Of a DNA stretch of 64,000 nucleotides, positions 9,485 to 18,405 are shown piece after piece. A program made the position numbers and the translations under genes. A model generated the notes under the pieces. The model ran no database searches, was not told the origin of the DNA, and worked only from the letters and a program-made list of their open reading frames with translations. Source of the DNA: Dehalococcoidia bacterium (GTDB lineage Bacteria > Chloroflexota > Dehalococcoidia > Tepidiformales > Tepidiformaceae); contig JAJDYW010000018.1 of the NCBI GenBank assembly GCA_022824925.1, forward strand, positions 35-64,034. Reading direction: 5' to 3'. Numbering within the stretch: the stretch's first letter is position 1; the number at the start of each line of letters is the position of its first letter.

Positions 9485-9988
9485 GTGAAGCAGTACGACG
9501 CGCCCCCCGCCCTCACCATCGATGCCGCCAGGAGCTACACCGCCACCATCGAGACCTCCGCCGGCTCCATGGTCGCCGAGCTCTTCCCCGATGACGCCCC
9601 CAACACCGTCAATAACTTCGTCTTCCTCGCCCGCGACGGGTTCTACGACGACGTCATCTTCCACCGCGTCATCAGCGGCTTCATGATCCAGGGCGGCGAT
9701 CCCACCGGCACCGGCCGCGGCGGTCCCGGCTACCGCTTCGACGACGAACCCGTGAACCGCCCCTACGACCGTGGCACGCTCGCTATGGCGAACGCCGGCC
9801 CAAACACGAACGGCTCCCAGTTCTTCATCATGCACGCGGATTACCCGCTGCCCCCCAACTACACCATCTTCGGGAAGCTCACCTCGGGCGAGGACGTGGT
9901 CGACGCCATTGCCGGCGCCCAGACGGGCCCCAACGACCGGCCCGCCGACCCCGTCTCCATCAGCGGCGTCACCATCGCCGAGAGCTGA
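9485..9988 (+). CDS. cyclophilin-type peptidyl-prolyl cis-trans isomerase
   Basis: FHRVISGFMIQGGDPTGTGRGGPGY and GTLAMANAGPNTNGSQFFI. GTG 9485 is preceded by GGAG. The ORF-track start at 9383 overlaps the end of ndk. Confidence 0.9.
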   Translation: MKQYDAPPALTIDAARSYTATIETSAGSMVAELFPDDAPNTVNNFVFLARDGFYDDVIFHRVISGFMIQGGDPTGTGRGGPGYRFDDEPVNRPYDRGTLAMANAGPNTNGSQFFIMHADYPLPPNYTIFGKLTSGEDVVDAIAGAQTGPNDRPADPVSISGVTIAES

Positions 9989-9991
9989 CCC

Positions 9992-11215
9992 TCAACCCTC
10001 CGTCGCCGCCTCATCCTCCGGGTGCGTCGGACGCGCGTACCCGTAGACCAGCCCGTAGCCGATCGTCAGGACCGCGGTGAACCCCGCCACCATCGCCCCG
10101 GTCTGGAACGCCGTGGGCGCGCCGTAGGCATCGACGACGCCCCCGCCCAGGGCCGGCCCGATCGCCAGGCCCAGCCCGCTCAGCGCCACCGACCACCCGA
10201 TCAGCGTGCCCCGGTACGCCTCCGGCGCGAGGTCCATCATCGAGGCGTTCAGGGCCGGCACCTGCTGCACGTGCCCGCTGAAGATCACCGCCGTGGCGAA
10301 GGCCGCAAGGAAGATGTTCGTTGTCGCCGCCGCCGTCAGCGCCCCCGCGATGATCAGGAACTGGCCCAGCAGCAGCGGCAGCGTCCGCCCGATGCGGTCG
10401 GAGAGGTGTCCGGATGGCACGTAGAGGATGCCGCCCGCCACCACCGCCGGGATCAGGAAGACCGTCAGCTGGGCGAACGAGATGTCGAGCACGTTGTCGC
10501 CGTAGGGACGGATCGCCGGCACCAGCGAGCTGATCCCGACCGTCGCCGCGAGGATCAGGGCGCTCAGGAACACGAGCCGCTTCGAAAGCACGCTGCGGAG
10601 GGGTGGCCGGTGCTCGTGCGCCGCGCCCAGCTCCCGCCGGTAGGCGGGAACGCCCACCTGACCGGTGGCCAGCGCCGCCGCCACCGCCACGATGGCGATG
10701 ATGAAGAGGGAGTCCGGGAAGGTCTCCACCAGCAGCGCCCCCACCAGCGCCCCCAGCCCGAACCCCAGCAATTGGCCCACGTTCAGGAACCCCACCACCT
10801 TGCCCCGCTCCGTCGGCGGGTAGAGGTCCGCCCCGATCGCGTACGTCGCCGGCCAGATGAACGCCGTCGAGATCCCCAGCAGGGCCGCGAACCCGAGATA
10901 CGCCCACTCAACCTGGATGGCGCCCATCAGGGCCAGCGCCGGCACCATCAGCGCGAATCCCAGCAGCAGGGCGTACTTCCGCTCGATGCGGTCGCTGATT
11001 GCCCCCGCCGGCGTCTCCGAGAGGAATCGCGCCCCGCCGTAGAGCGCCAGCAGGTAGCCGCCGAACCCGTCGCTCGCCCCCAGGTTGTTGGGTACGAACT
11101 CCTGGAAGATCGCGAAGATCACGATTCCCAGCGCGACCTGCGCAAAGAAGATGCCGAGCCCCAGCGCGTGCGGCGCCCCCGAGAGCCACGATCGCAGCGC
11201 TTGCCACACGCGCAT
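9992..11215 (-). CDS. MFS transporter
   Basis: 407 aa with about 12 hydrophobic segments and the GAISDRIERK loop between TM2 and TM3. Confidence 0.85.
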   Translation of the reverse strand: MRVWQALRSWLSGAPHALGLGIFFAQVALGIVIFAIFQEFVPNNLGASDGFGGYLLALYGGARFLSETPAGAISDRIERKYALLLGFALMVPALALMGAIQVEWAYLGFAALLGISTAFIWPATYAIGADLYPPTERGKVVGFLNVGQLLGFGLGALVGALLVETFPDSLFIIAIVAVAAALATGQVGVPAYRRELGAAHEHRPPLRSVLSKRLVFLSALILAATVGISSLVPAIRPYGDNVLDISFAQLTVFLIPAVVAGGILYVPSGHLSDRIGRTLPLLLGQFLIIAGALTAAATTNIFLAAFATAVIFSGHVQQVPALNASMMDLAPEAYRGTLIGWSVALSGLGLAIGPALGGGVVDAYGAPTAFQTGAMVAGFTAVLTIGYGLVYGYARPTHPEDEAATEG

Positions 11216-11290
11216 CCCGAGACTCTACCGGGGCGCCACCGTGTGAGCCCCTCGCCCTCCCGTCCGCTGGTCCGTTGCCCGTGCCGTGCC

Positions 11291-11296
11291 TATCCT
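11291..11296 (+). promoter_or_regulatory. -10-like TATCCT, 9 nt upstream of GTG 11306 (leaderless-type)
   Basis: Read directly in the divergent MFS / SirB1-like intergenic region. Confidence 0.3.
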
Positions 11297-11305
11297 GACG
11301 GCGCG

Positions 11306-12139
11306 GTGGAGAACACCCCCGAGAGCGACTTTGCCCGAGCGATCGCGGGCCACGACCACGAGGTCGACCTCTTCGGCGGCGCCCTGGCCATTGCCCGCCT
11401 CGGCCACGACGACATCGATGGACACGCCCTCGCCCGCGAGCTCGATCTCATCGCGGAGTCCATCCGCGAGCGAGTCCCCGGCCGTCCCGACGCCGCTTCC
11501 CTCACCGCCGCCGTGAGCGCCGAGCTCTTCGGGAACCGCGGCTTCCGCGGCAATCGCGAGAACTACACCGATCCGAAGAACAGCTACATCGACTGCGTCA
11601 TCGAGCGTCGCCTCGGCATTCCCATCACCCTCTCCCTCGTCTTCATGGAGGTCGCCCAGCGTGTCGGCCTCGAGTGCGACGGGATCGGCTTCCCCGGCCA
11701 CTTCCTTGTCCGCTGCGGCGGCGATGACGGCGTCTTCGTCGACCCCTTCAACGCCGGCGAGCAGCCTACCCGCGCGGACCTCCTCGGCCGTCTCGAGGGC
11801 CGCAGCTCCGCGTTCCCAAGCGTCGATTCGTTCCTCGCCGCCGTCACCCGCCGCCAGATCCTGCAGCGCATGCTCGTCAACCTCTGCGTGGCCTACCAGG
11901 GCGAGGGCGATCCCCAACGCTGGGTCGCGGCCCTCGGCTTCCGCCTGCGCCTCGAACCCTGGAACGCCGCGCTCTACCTGGAGCGTGGACTCCTCTCCTT
12001 CCAGCAGGGCGAAGAAGCCCTTGCCTTGGCCGATCTCGAGCGGTACGTTGGCAGTGGCGAATCGGATGTGAATTCGCGCGCCCTTCGTGTGCTCGATACA
12101 CTTCGCTCACGGCTGGAAGGCGAGAGGGGGAATCCGTGA
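11306..12139 (+). CDS. SirB1-like transglutaminase-like/TPR protein
   Basis: NSYIDCVIERRLGIPITLSLVFMEVAQRVG...GFPGHFLV core plus a TPR-like C-terminus. Only the last 834 nt of the 705-aa track ORF look like real protein. Confidence 0.7.
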   Translation: MENTPESDFARAIAGHDHEVDLFGGALAIARLGHDDIDGHALARELDLIAESIRERVPGRPDAASLTAAVSAELFGNRGFRGNRENYTDPKNSYIDCVIERRLGIPITLSLVFMEVAQRVGLECDGIGFPGHFLVRCGGDDGVFVDPFNAGEQPTRADLLGRLEGRSSAFPSVDSFLAAVTRRQILQRMLVNLCVAYQGEGDPQRWVAALGFRLRLEPWNAALYLERGLLSFQQGEEALALADLERYVGSGESDVNSRALRVLDTLRSRLEGERGNP

Positions 12140-12930
12140 CGAGCGTCCTTCCCTGCGCGCCATCGGGCAGCGAGCCTCCGCGGCGCAGGAAAATCCAACT
12201 CGAGGCCTACCTGCGCATCGCCCGCTCGCTGCGTCGCATCTCCCGCGTGATGAACGTCCTCACCGATGAGGAACTCGATCGCCTCATTCCCCTGCTCACC
12301 GAGCGACGCTTCGAGGCTCGCCAGCTCATCTTCGCCGCGGGCGAGCTTCCCGACCGCGTCTTCCTCCTCCTGAAGGGCCGCGTGAAGCTCTACCACATCT
12401 CCGACAACGGCAAGGAAGTCATCATCGATATCGCCGCCCGCGGCGACATCGTTGGCGACACGGCCATCCTCGAGGGCGAGGATCACACTATCTACGCCCG
12501 CGCGCTCGACGAGACCGTCGCCATCATGATCTGCTGGGACGATTTCTTCTACTTCGTGCAGCGCTCCCCCGCGCTCGCCTTCACCATGGCCGAAATCATG
12601 GCCCGCCGCCTCGCGGGTGTGCAGCGCACCGTCATGAGTCTCGTGTCGAAACCGGTCTCCGGGCGCCTCGCCGATGCCCTCCTTGACCGCGTCAGTGACG
12701 GCCACGTGCGACTCGGGCTTACCCACGAGGAGATCGGCCAGACCATCGGCACCAGCCGCGAGACGGTCACGGCCCTCCTCAGCCGCTTCGTCGCCCTCGG
12801 CGCGATCGAGCCTGCCGGCAACAGCTACCGCGTGGTGGATGAGGCCCTCCTCCGCGATATCGCCCGCGGCGCCGTCAGCGTCTCCCCGCGCCACCCCGCC
12901 CGAAAGCAACCGGCCACGCCGAAGTCTTGA
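12136..12930 (+). CDS. Crp/Fnr-family transcriptional regulator
   Basis: cNMP-binding fold (RQLIFAAGELPDRVFLLLKGRVKL) and HTH (THEEIGQTIGTSRETVTALLSRF). GTG 12136 overlaps the upstream stop (GTGA). ATG 12250 is an alternative start. Confidence 0.8.
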   Translation: MTSVLPCAPSGSEPPRRRKIQLEAYLRIARSLRRISRVMNVLTDEELDRLIPLLTERRFEARQLIFAAGELPDRVFLLLKGRVKLYHISDNGKEVIIDIAARGDIVGDTAILEGEDHTIYARALDETVAIMICWDDFFYFVQRSPALAFTMAEIMARRLAGVQRTVMSLVSKPVSGRLADALLDRVSDGHVRLGLTHEEIGQTIGTSRETVTALLSRFVALGAIEPAGNSYRVVDEALLRDIARGAVSVSPRHPARKQPATPKS

Positions 12931-13634
12931 GCGCCCCCCGCCGCGGTGCCCCCCTCTCCGGTCCCGGCGCCTCGTCGCGTCCCGCCCTGATAGCCCACGG
13001 CGGCGGCAACTCGGCCGCTGGTGTGCGTGAGTCGCTGGCCGGCGGCGCCGCCGTCATCGAGGTCGACCTCTGGGCCCGCCGTGGTCGCCTCGAAGCGCGT
13101 CACGATCGCCGCGTTCCCGGCCCGCTCCCCCTCCTCTACGAGTTCTGGTATCTCAAGCCCGCCCCCCGCCGGACCTATTACCTGGAGGACCTTCTCGAGG
13201 CCTGCCGCGGGCGGGCCGGCGTCTTCCTCGACCTCAAGAACGGCCTCGGCCAGACCGCCCCCATCCTCCGCCGCGTCCTCGCCGGCCACGGCCGCGGCGT
13301 CCACGCCGTCGCCTCCTCCCAGAACTGGCCGCTCCTCCGCGAGGTCGGCCTCGCCTGTCCCCACCTCGACCTCTACTACTCCATCGATACCCTCGACCAG
13401 TTCGACCTCTTCCGGTCCGTCGTGCAGCACGATGTCCGCCCCGTCGGCGTCTCGTGCCGGCACTCCCTCCTCGACCGCGACGTGATAGCCGACTTCCACG
13501 ACGCCGGGCTCGCCGTCGTGGCCTGGACCGTCGACGATGGGGATCGCGCCCGTGAGCTTGCCTCGTGGAGCGTCGACGCCATTACCTCGAATCGGGTCGG
13601 CGATGTCCGCGCTGCCCTCGACTCGGCCCCGTGA
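12927..13634 (+). CDS. glycerophosphodiester phosphodiesterase-family protein
   Basis: LIAHGGG...VIEVDLW...FLDLK...VVAWTVDD pattern of GDPD domains. Its TTG start overlaps the crp stop. Confidence 0.7.
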   Translation: MSAPRRGAPLSGPGASSRPALIAHGGGNSAAGVRESLAGGAAVIEVDLWARRGRLEARHDRRVPGPLPLLYEFWYLKPAPRRTYYLEDLLEACRGRAGVFLDLKNGLGQTAPILRRVLAGHGRGVHAVASSQNWPLLREVGLACPHLDLYYSIDTLDQFDLFRSVVQHDVRPVGVSCRHSLLDRDVIADFHDAGLAVVAWTVDDGDRARELASWSVDAITSNRVGDVRAALDSAP

Positions 13635-14809
13635 CCACGCCCCGCCCCCTGGCGGTCTACGTGCACATCCCCTTCTGCGTGCGCGTCTGCGGCTACTGTG
13701 ACTTCAACACCTACGCAGGCATGGACGCCGTGAAGGACGGCTACACGTCTGCCGCGGTCGCCGAGATCGAGGCGTGGGCGCCCCGTTTCGCCGGTCGCAC
13801 GGTGACGTCCATCGCCTTCGGCGGAGGCACCCCCGGCGAGATGGCGGCCGAGTCCATCGCCGCCATCATCGAGGCCGTACGCGCCGCCGCCCCCCTCTCC
13901 CCCGATGCCGAGATCACACTGGAGGCGAACCCCGGCACCACCTCCGGCCCCGACCTCCACGCCCTCGCCGTCGCCGGCGTGAACCGGCTCTCGCTCGGCG
14001 CCCAGAGCTTCGACCCCGGCGAGCTCGCCTTCCTCGACCGCGTCCACACCCCCGAGGCGACCGCCGCCTCCCTCCACCTCGCCCGCGAGGCCGGCATCAA
14101 CAGCGTCAACCTCGACCTCATGTACGGCCTCCCCGGCCAGACCCCCGCCCGCTGGAGCGCGACCCTCGACCACGCCCTCCGCCTCGCCCCCGACCACCTC
14201 TCCCTCTACGCCCTCACCGTCGAGCCCGGCACTCCCCTCGCCACCCGCGTCGACCGCGGCGAGGTCGTTCCCCTCGAACCGGACGCCGTCGCCGCCATGT
14301 ACGAGGCCGCCGCCGACCGCCTTGCCGCGGCCGGCTACCGTCACTACGAGCTCTCCAACTGGGCGCGGCCCGGGCACGAGAGCCGCCACAACCAGGTCTA
14401 CTGGACCGGGGGCGACTACCTCGGCATCGGCGCCGGCGCCCACGGCTTTCTCGATGGCGAGCGCTTCGAGAACGTGGCCCATCCTCGGGACTACATCGAG
14501 GCCGTCCACCGCTCCGGACGAGCCATCGCCGAGACCGTCCGCCCCGACCCCATCACCGCCATGTCCGACTGGATCACGCTCCACCTGCGCCTGGTCGAGG
14601 GCTTCGACCCCGCCGCCTTCCCGGCTGCCTTCGGCGAGCCCCTCGAAGACGCTGCCGGTCCGCCCCTCGACGCCTGCCGGACGGCCGGCCTCCTCGAAGA
14701 GGCCGGCGGGTGCCTGCGCCTCACGCCCCGCGGGCGCCTCCTCCACAGCGAGGTCGCCGTGCAGGTCCTGCTCCATCTTCGCGAGCGCGCCACCCCCGGC
14801 GTGGCATAA
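13631..14809 (+). CDS. hemW: radical SAM heme chaperone HemW (coproporphyrinogen III oxidase-like)
   Basis: LAVYVHIPFCVRVCGYCDF (CxxxCxxC) and a HemN_C-like tail. GTG 13631 overlaps the GDPD stop (GTGA). Confidence 0.9.
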   Translation: MTTPRPLAVYVHIPFCVRVCGYCDFNTYAGMDAVKDGYTSAAVAEIEAWAPRFAGRTVTSIAFGGGTPGEMAAESIAAIIEAVRAAAPLSPDAEITLEANPGTTSGPDLHALAVAGVNRLSLGAQSFDPGELAFLDRVHTPEATAASLHLAREAGINSVNLDLMYGLPGQTPARWSATLDHALRLAPDHLSLYALTVEPGTPLATRVDRGEVVPLEPDAVAAMYEAAADRLAAAGYRHYELSNWARPGHESRHNQVYWTGGDYLGIGAGAHGFLDGERFENVAHPRDYIEAVHRSGRAIAETVRPDPITAMSDWITLHLRLVEGFDPAAFPAAFGEPLEDAAGPPLDACRTAGLLEEAGGCLRLTPRGRLLHSEVAVQVLLHLRERATPGVA

Positions 14810-14822
14810 TCGCCCCACTCGC

Positions 14823-16685
14823 ATGTACGTCGTTGGCACCGCTGGTCACGTCGACCACGGCAAGAGCGCCCTTGTCCGCGCCCTCACGAACATCGACCCC
14901 GACCGCCTCCGCGAGGAGAAGGAGCGCGGCCTCACCATCGACCTTGGCTTCGCCTGGCTCGCCCTCCCCTCCGGCCGCGACATCAGCATCGTCGACGTGC
15001 CCGGCCACGAGCGCTTCATCAAGAACATGCTCGCCGGCGCCGGCGGCGTCGACCTCGCCCTCCTCGTCGTCGCCGCCGACGAGGGACCCATGCCCCAGAC
15101 CCGCGAGCACCTCGCCATTCTCGACCTGCTCGACGTGCCAGCCGGCGTCGTCGCCATCACGAAGTGCGACCTCGCCGAGGAGGAGTACGTCGACCTCGTC
15201 GAGGAGGAGGTCGCCGAGACGCTCCTTGGCTCGCGGCTCGAAGACGCCCCCATCATCCGCACCTCCGCCACCACCGGGGAGGGGCTCGGCGACCTCGTGG
15301 CCACCCTCGACGCCGCCCTCGACGCCACCCCCCCGAAGCGCGACCTCGGGCGCCCCCGCCTCCCCATCGACCGCGCCTTCACCATCCGCGGCTTCGGAGC
15401 CGTCGTCACCGGCACCCTCCTCGATGGCAGCCTCGAGGTTGGCCAGGAGGTCGAGATCCAGCCGGGAGGCCTGCGCGGACGCATCCGCGGCCTCCAGCGC
15501 CACGGCGGCAAGGTCGAGCGCCTCGCCCCCGGCACGCGCGCCGCCGTCAACGTCAGCGGCATCCGCACCGAGCAGCTCCACCGCGGCATGGTGCTCGCCG
15601 CGCGGGATGTGCTGAGCCCCGCCTACGCCCTAGACGTGCGCCTCAAGGCGACCGACCTCCTCAGCCACCCCCTCGCCCACGATGCGGGCGTCACATTCCT
15701 CTCTGCCACCGCCGAGTCCGAGGCGAAGGTGCGCTTCCTCGACCGCGACGAGCTCGCCGCTGGCGAGACCGGCTGGGCCCAGCTCGTGCTTGAGTCCCCC
15801 GTCGCCGTACTGCCCCGCGACAGCTGCATCGTGCGAACCCCCAACGAGACCGTCGCCGGCGGACCGATCGCCGCGGTCAATCCCCGCCGCCACCGCCGCA
15901 ACCTCCTTCCGACGCTCGAAGCCCTGGACCGCCAGCTCGAAGGCTCCACCGCCGAGCGCCTCGCCGACCTGCTCGCCGCGGCCCCCCTGCCCCGCGCCAC
16001 CATCGGCCCCGCGCTCGGCCTCGAGCCCGGCGATGCCGAGGCTGCTGCCACCGAGCTGCTCGAAGCCGGCCGCGCCCTCGAACACGGCCCCCTCCTCGCC
16101 GGCCGCCCCTGGCTCGACACCGCTCGCAGCCGCCTCACCGAGGCCGTGGGCGAGGACCTCGCCGGCCACCCCCTCCGCCCCTCCGTCCCCCGCGAGCAGT
16201 TGCGCAGCCGCCTCGGCCTCGAGCCGCAGCTCTTCGATCTGGTCGTCGCCGAGAGCGTCGCCGCCGGTGCTCTCGTCGAACGCCCCGGCGGTGGCCTCCA
16301 CCCGCCGGGTTACGCCGTCGCCCTCACCGCCGCCCAGCGCGAGCAGGCCGATGCCTTTGTAGAAGCGGTCAGGGCGGGCGGCGCCAGCCCCCCCACCGAG
16401 TCCCTCCCGCCTTCCGACCTGCTCGCCTACCTCGCAGGCGAGGGCCTCGTCGAGGACACCGGCTCCGGCGTCGTCTTCGAGGTGGGCGTCTACGCGGGCC
16501 TCGTCGACCGCATCCGGGAGCACATCGAGGGGAACGGCTCCGTCAGCCTCGCCGAGGTGCGCGACCTCTTTGGCACCAGCCGCAAGTACGCACAGGCCCT
16601 CCTCGAGCACCTCGACGCCACCCACGTCACCCGCCGCACCGGCGATGTGCGCGTGCTGCGCTCCCCCCTGGAGGCCCGCCGGTGA
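14823..16685 (+). CDS. selB: selenocysteine-specific translation elongation factor SelB
   Basis: GTAGHVDHGKSALV, DVPGHERF, LVVAADEGPMPQTREHL, TKCD. The C-terminal winged-helix tail reads FGTSRKYAQALLEHLDATHVTRRTGDVRVL. ATG 14823 is aa 168 of the track ORF. Confidence 0.9.
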   Translation: MYVVGTAGHVDHGKSALVRALTNIDPDRLREEKERGLTIDLGFAWLALPSGRDISIVDVPGHERFIKNMLAGAGGVDLALLVVAADEGPMPQTREHLAILDLLDVPAGVVAITKCDLAEEEYVDLVEEEVAETLLGSRLEDAPIIRTSATTGEGLGDLVATLDAALDATPPKRDLGRPRLPIDRAFTIRGFGAVVTGTLLDGSLEVGQEVEIQPGGLRGRIRGLQRHGGKVERLAPGTRAAVNVSGIRTEQLHRGMVLAARDVLSPAYALDVRLKATDLLSHPLAHDAGVTFLSATAESEAKVRFLDRDELAAGETGWAQLVLESPVAVLPRDSCIVRTPNETVAGGPIAAVNPRRHRRNLLPTLEALDRQLEGSTAERLADLLAAAPLPRATIGPALGLEPGDAEAAATELLEAGRALEHGPLLAGRPWLDTARSRLTEAVGEDLAGHPLRPSVPREQLRSRLGLEPQLFDLVVAESVAAGALVERPGGGLHPPGYAVALTAAQREQADAFVEAVRAGGASPPTESLPPSDLLAYLAGEGLVEDTGSGVVFEVGVYAGLVDRIREHIEGNGSVSLAEVRDLFGTSRKYAQALLEHLDATHVTRRTGDVRVLRSPLEARR

Positions 16686-17824
16686 CCCTCCGCATGGACA
16701 CCGTCGCCGCCGAGCTGCCCGCGCTCGTCGCCCGCCACGAGCAAACGCGCGTCGCGGCCGGCGCAGCCATCGAGGGCGCCCGCGCCGCCCTGCGCCAGTG
16801 GAGCGCCGACCCCGTTGCCGCTTCCGCCCGTATCGAGGCGGCCCTCGCCGGCCGGGCGGTCCCGTACGCGCTCGCCGAGGACGACCCCGCCGCCACCTTC
16901 CCCGCCCCGGCTCCCGCCCCCGTCACCGTGGTGGGCGTCGACGGCTCCTCCATCACCCCCGATCGCTTCTCCACCGTCCGCTGCTTCGCCGTGAACATCG
17001 GCCACGCCCTGCTCCCCTACGGTGTCCCCCTCGACCCCTCCTTCGACGCCGTAGCCGAGGTCGGCCTCGATGCCGACCTGCTCGAAGGCGCGCCCGACAT
17101 GCGCCGCGCCCCCCGCGGCCTCGCCACCCGTCTCCTTCGCGACGTGCGCGAGCTGGAACGGGGCGTCGAGCTCGTCGTGCCCGCGCTCGAAGCCGGCCCC
17201 GCCGTTCTCCTCCTTGATGGCACCCTCCTCCCCTGGGACCTCCATACGCGCCAGGCCTCCGACGAGGCCCTCGCCCCCTACCGCGACCGCACGCTCGCCG
17301 CCCTCGACCGCCTCAAGGCCTGTGGCGAACCCCTCAGCATGGGCGCCTACATCTCCGCCTCGGCCGCCCGCGAGGTCGTTGCTGCCCTCGAGGTGCTCGC
17401 CCCGCCTCCTCCCTCCGCCCCACTGCTCACCGACGGCGACATCTTCCGCGGCCTCCTCGCCCCCGGCGAACGCACGGCCACCTTCCGCTCGCGCAGCACC
17501 CGCCCCGGCACCGTCGAGTCCCTCCTGCCCGGCCACGACGTCGCCCTCTTCTACATCCGCGTGGACGATGACATCGCCCGCGTCGAGCTTCCCGCGTGGG
17601 CCGCCACGCCCTCCCGGGTTGATCGCCTCCACGCGACACTCGTCGACCAGTGCGAACGCTGCGACGGCTACCCACGCGCCCTCCAGGAGGCCCACGAGCA
17701 GGCCGTCATCTCCGCCGCCGACCGCGAGCAGTTCGAGCGCCTGCTCTCGCGTCTCGCGGGTGATGCGGGCATCCGCGAGCGCCGCAACGGCAAACAGCAC
17801 AGCAAGCGCAGGAGGTCGATCTGA
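16682..17824 (+). CDS. nurA: NurA-domain nuclease
   Basis: VVGVDGSSI, LLLDGTLLPW and C-terminal CDGYPRALQEAHEQAVIS match the NurA D...D...YP-x2-L-x2-AH pattern. Its GTG overlaps the selB stop (GTGA). Confidence 0.65.
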   Translation: MTLRMDTVAAELPALVARHEQTRVAAGAAIEGARAALRQWSADPVAASARIEAALAGRAVPYALAEDDPAATFPAPAPAPVTVVGVDGSSITPDRFSTVRCFAVNIGHALLPYGVPLDPSFDAVAEVGLDADLLEGAPDMRRAPRGLATRLLRDVRELERGVELVVPALEAGPAVLLLDGTLLPWDLHTRQASDEALAPYRDRTLAALDRLKACGEPLSMGAYISASAAREVVAALEVLAPPPPSAPLLTDGDIFRGLLAPGERTATFRSRSTRPGTVESLLPGHDVALFYIRVDDDIARVELPAWAATPSRVDRLHATLVDQCERCDGYPRALQEAHEQAVISAADREQFERLLSRLAGDAGIRERRNGKQHSKRRRSI

Positions 17825-17853
17825 GCGAGACCTGCCGCGTCGTCGAGGCCAGC

Positions 17854-18405
17854 GTGCGCGCCTTCGCGTGCGCCTATGCGCGCTACACGAGCGAGCCTTT
17901 CGCGCTCGGCCAGATGCTCGCCGTGCGCGAGGGGCGCTTCCTCACGTTCGGCGTGGTGACCGGCAGCGAGAGCGGCCCCAACGACCCCTCCCGACCCCTC
18001 GTCCCCCGCGGCGACGCCGGCCAGAGCGCCGCCGACGTCATGGCCGGCAACCCCGAGATCGAGCTGCTCCTGCGCACCACCCTGGGCGTTGCCATCTGCG
18101 GCCACGTCGATCGCGAGGTCGTCCGCCCCGCCCTTCCACCCCTGCCCCCACCCCTCCTGGCCGAGGTGCACGCCGCCACCGACGAGGAGAAGGTCCGCAT
18201 CGCCGACGAGGGACGGTTCCTCGTGCCCCTCCTCGCCAACCCTGCCGCCGATGACGCCGTCGTCGCCGCCGCCATCCGCGATGTCGCCCGCGCGGCCGGA
18301 CCCGGCGCCCGCCCCTTCCTCGTCACCGCCGGCAAGGAGCTCGCCCGCCTCCTCAAGGCCGAGCCCTCCCGCCTCACCAGTATCCTGCGGGCGGTGGAAC
18401 CATGA
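17854..18405 (+). CDS. hypothetical protein, possible stand-alone HAS-barrel-like partner of HerA
   Basis: 183 aa. GAGG lies 5 nt before GTG 17854. The N-terminus (FALGQMLAVREGRFLTFGVVTGSES) parallels the HerA N-terminus (LGQYAMTEVEGGLSLLGMVTDITL). There is no P-loop. Its stop overlaps the herA ATG. Confidence 0.5.
   Translation: MRAFACAYARYTSEPFALGQMLAVREGRFLTFGVVTGSESGPNDPSRPLVPRGDAGQSAADVMAGNPEIELLLRTTLGVAICGHVDREVVRPALPPLPPPLLAEVHAATDEEKVRIADEGRFLVPLLANPAADDAVVAAAIRDVARAAGPGARPFLVTAGKELARLLKAEPSRLTSILRAVEP

Noticed and set aside
10022-11305. First 1.28 kb of the 705-aa plus-strand ORF
   Set aside because: It is antisense to the MFS transporter and translates to Arg/Pro/Gln-rich sequence. 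Only the part from GTG 11306 looks like a real (SirB1-like) protein.
13376-15615. Long ORFs 13376-14839 (minus) and 13774-15615 (plus) over hemW/selB
   Set aside because: They are off-frame or antisense shadows with Gly/Arg/Pro-rich translations. hemW and selB motifs define the true frames.
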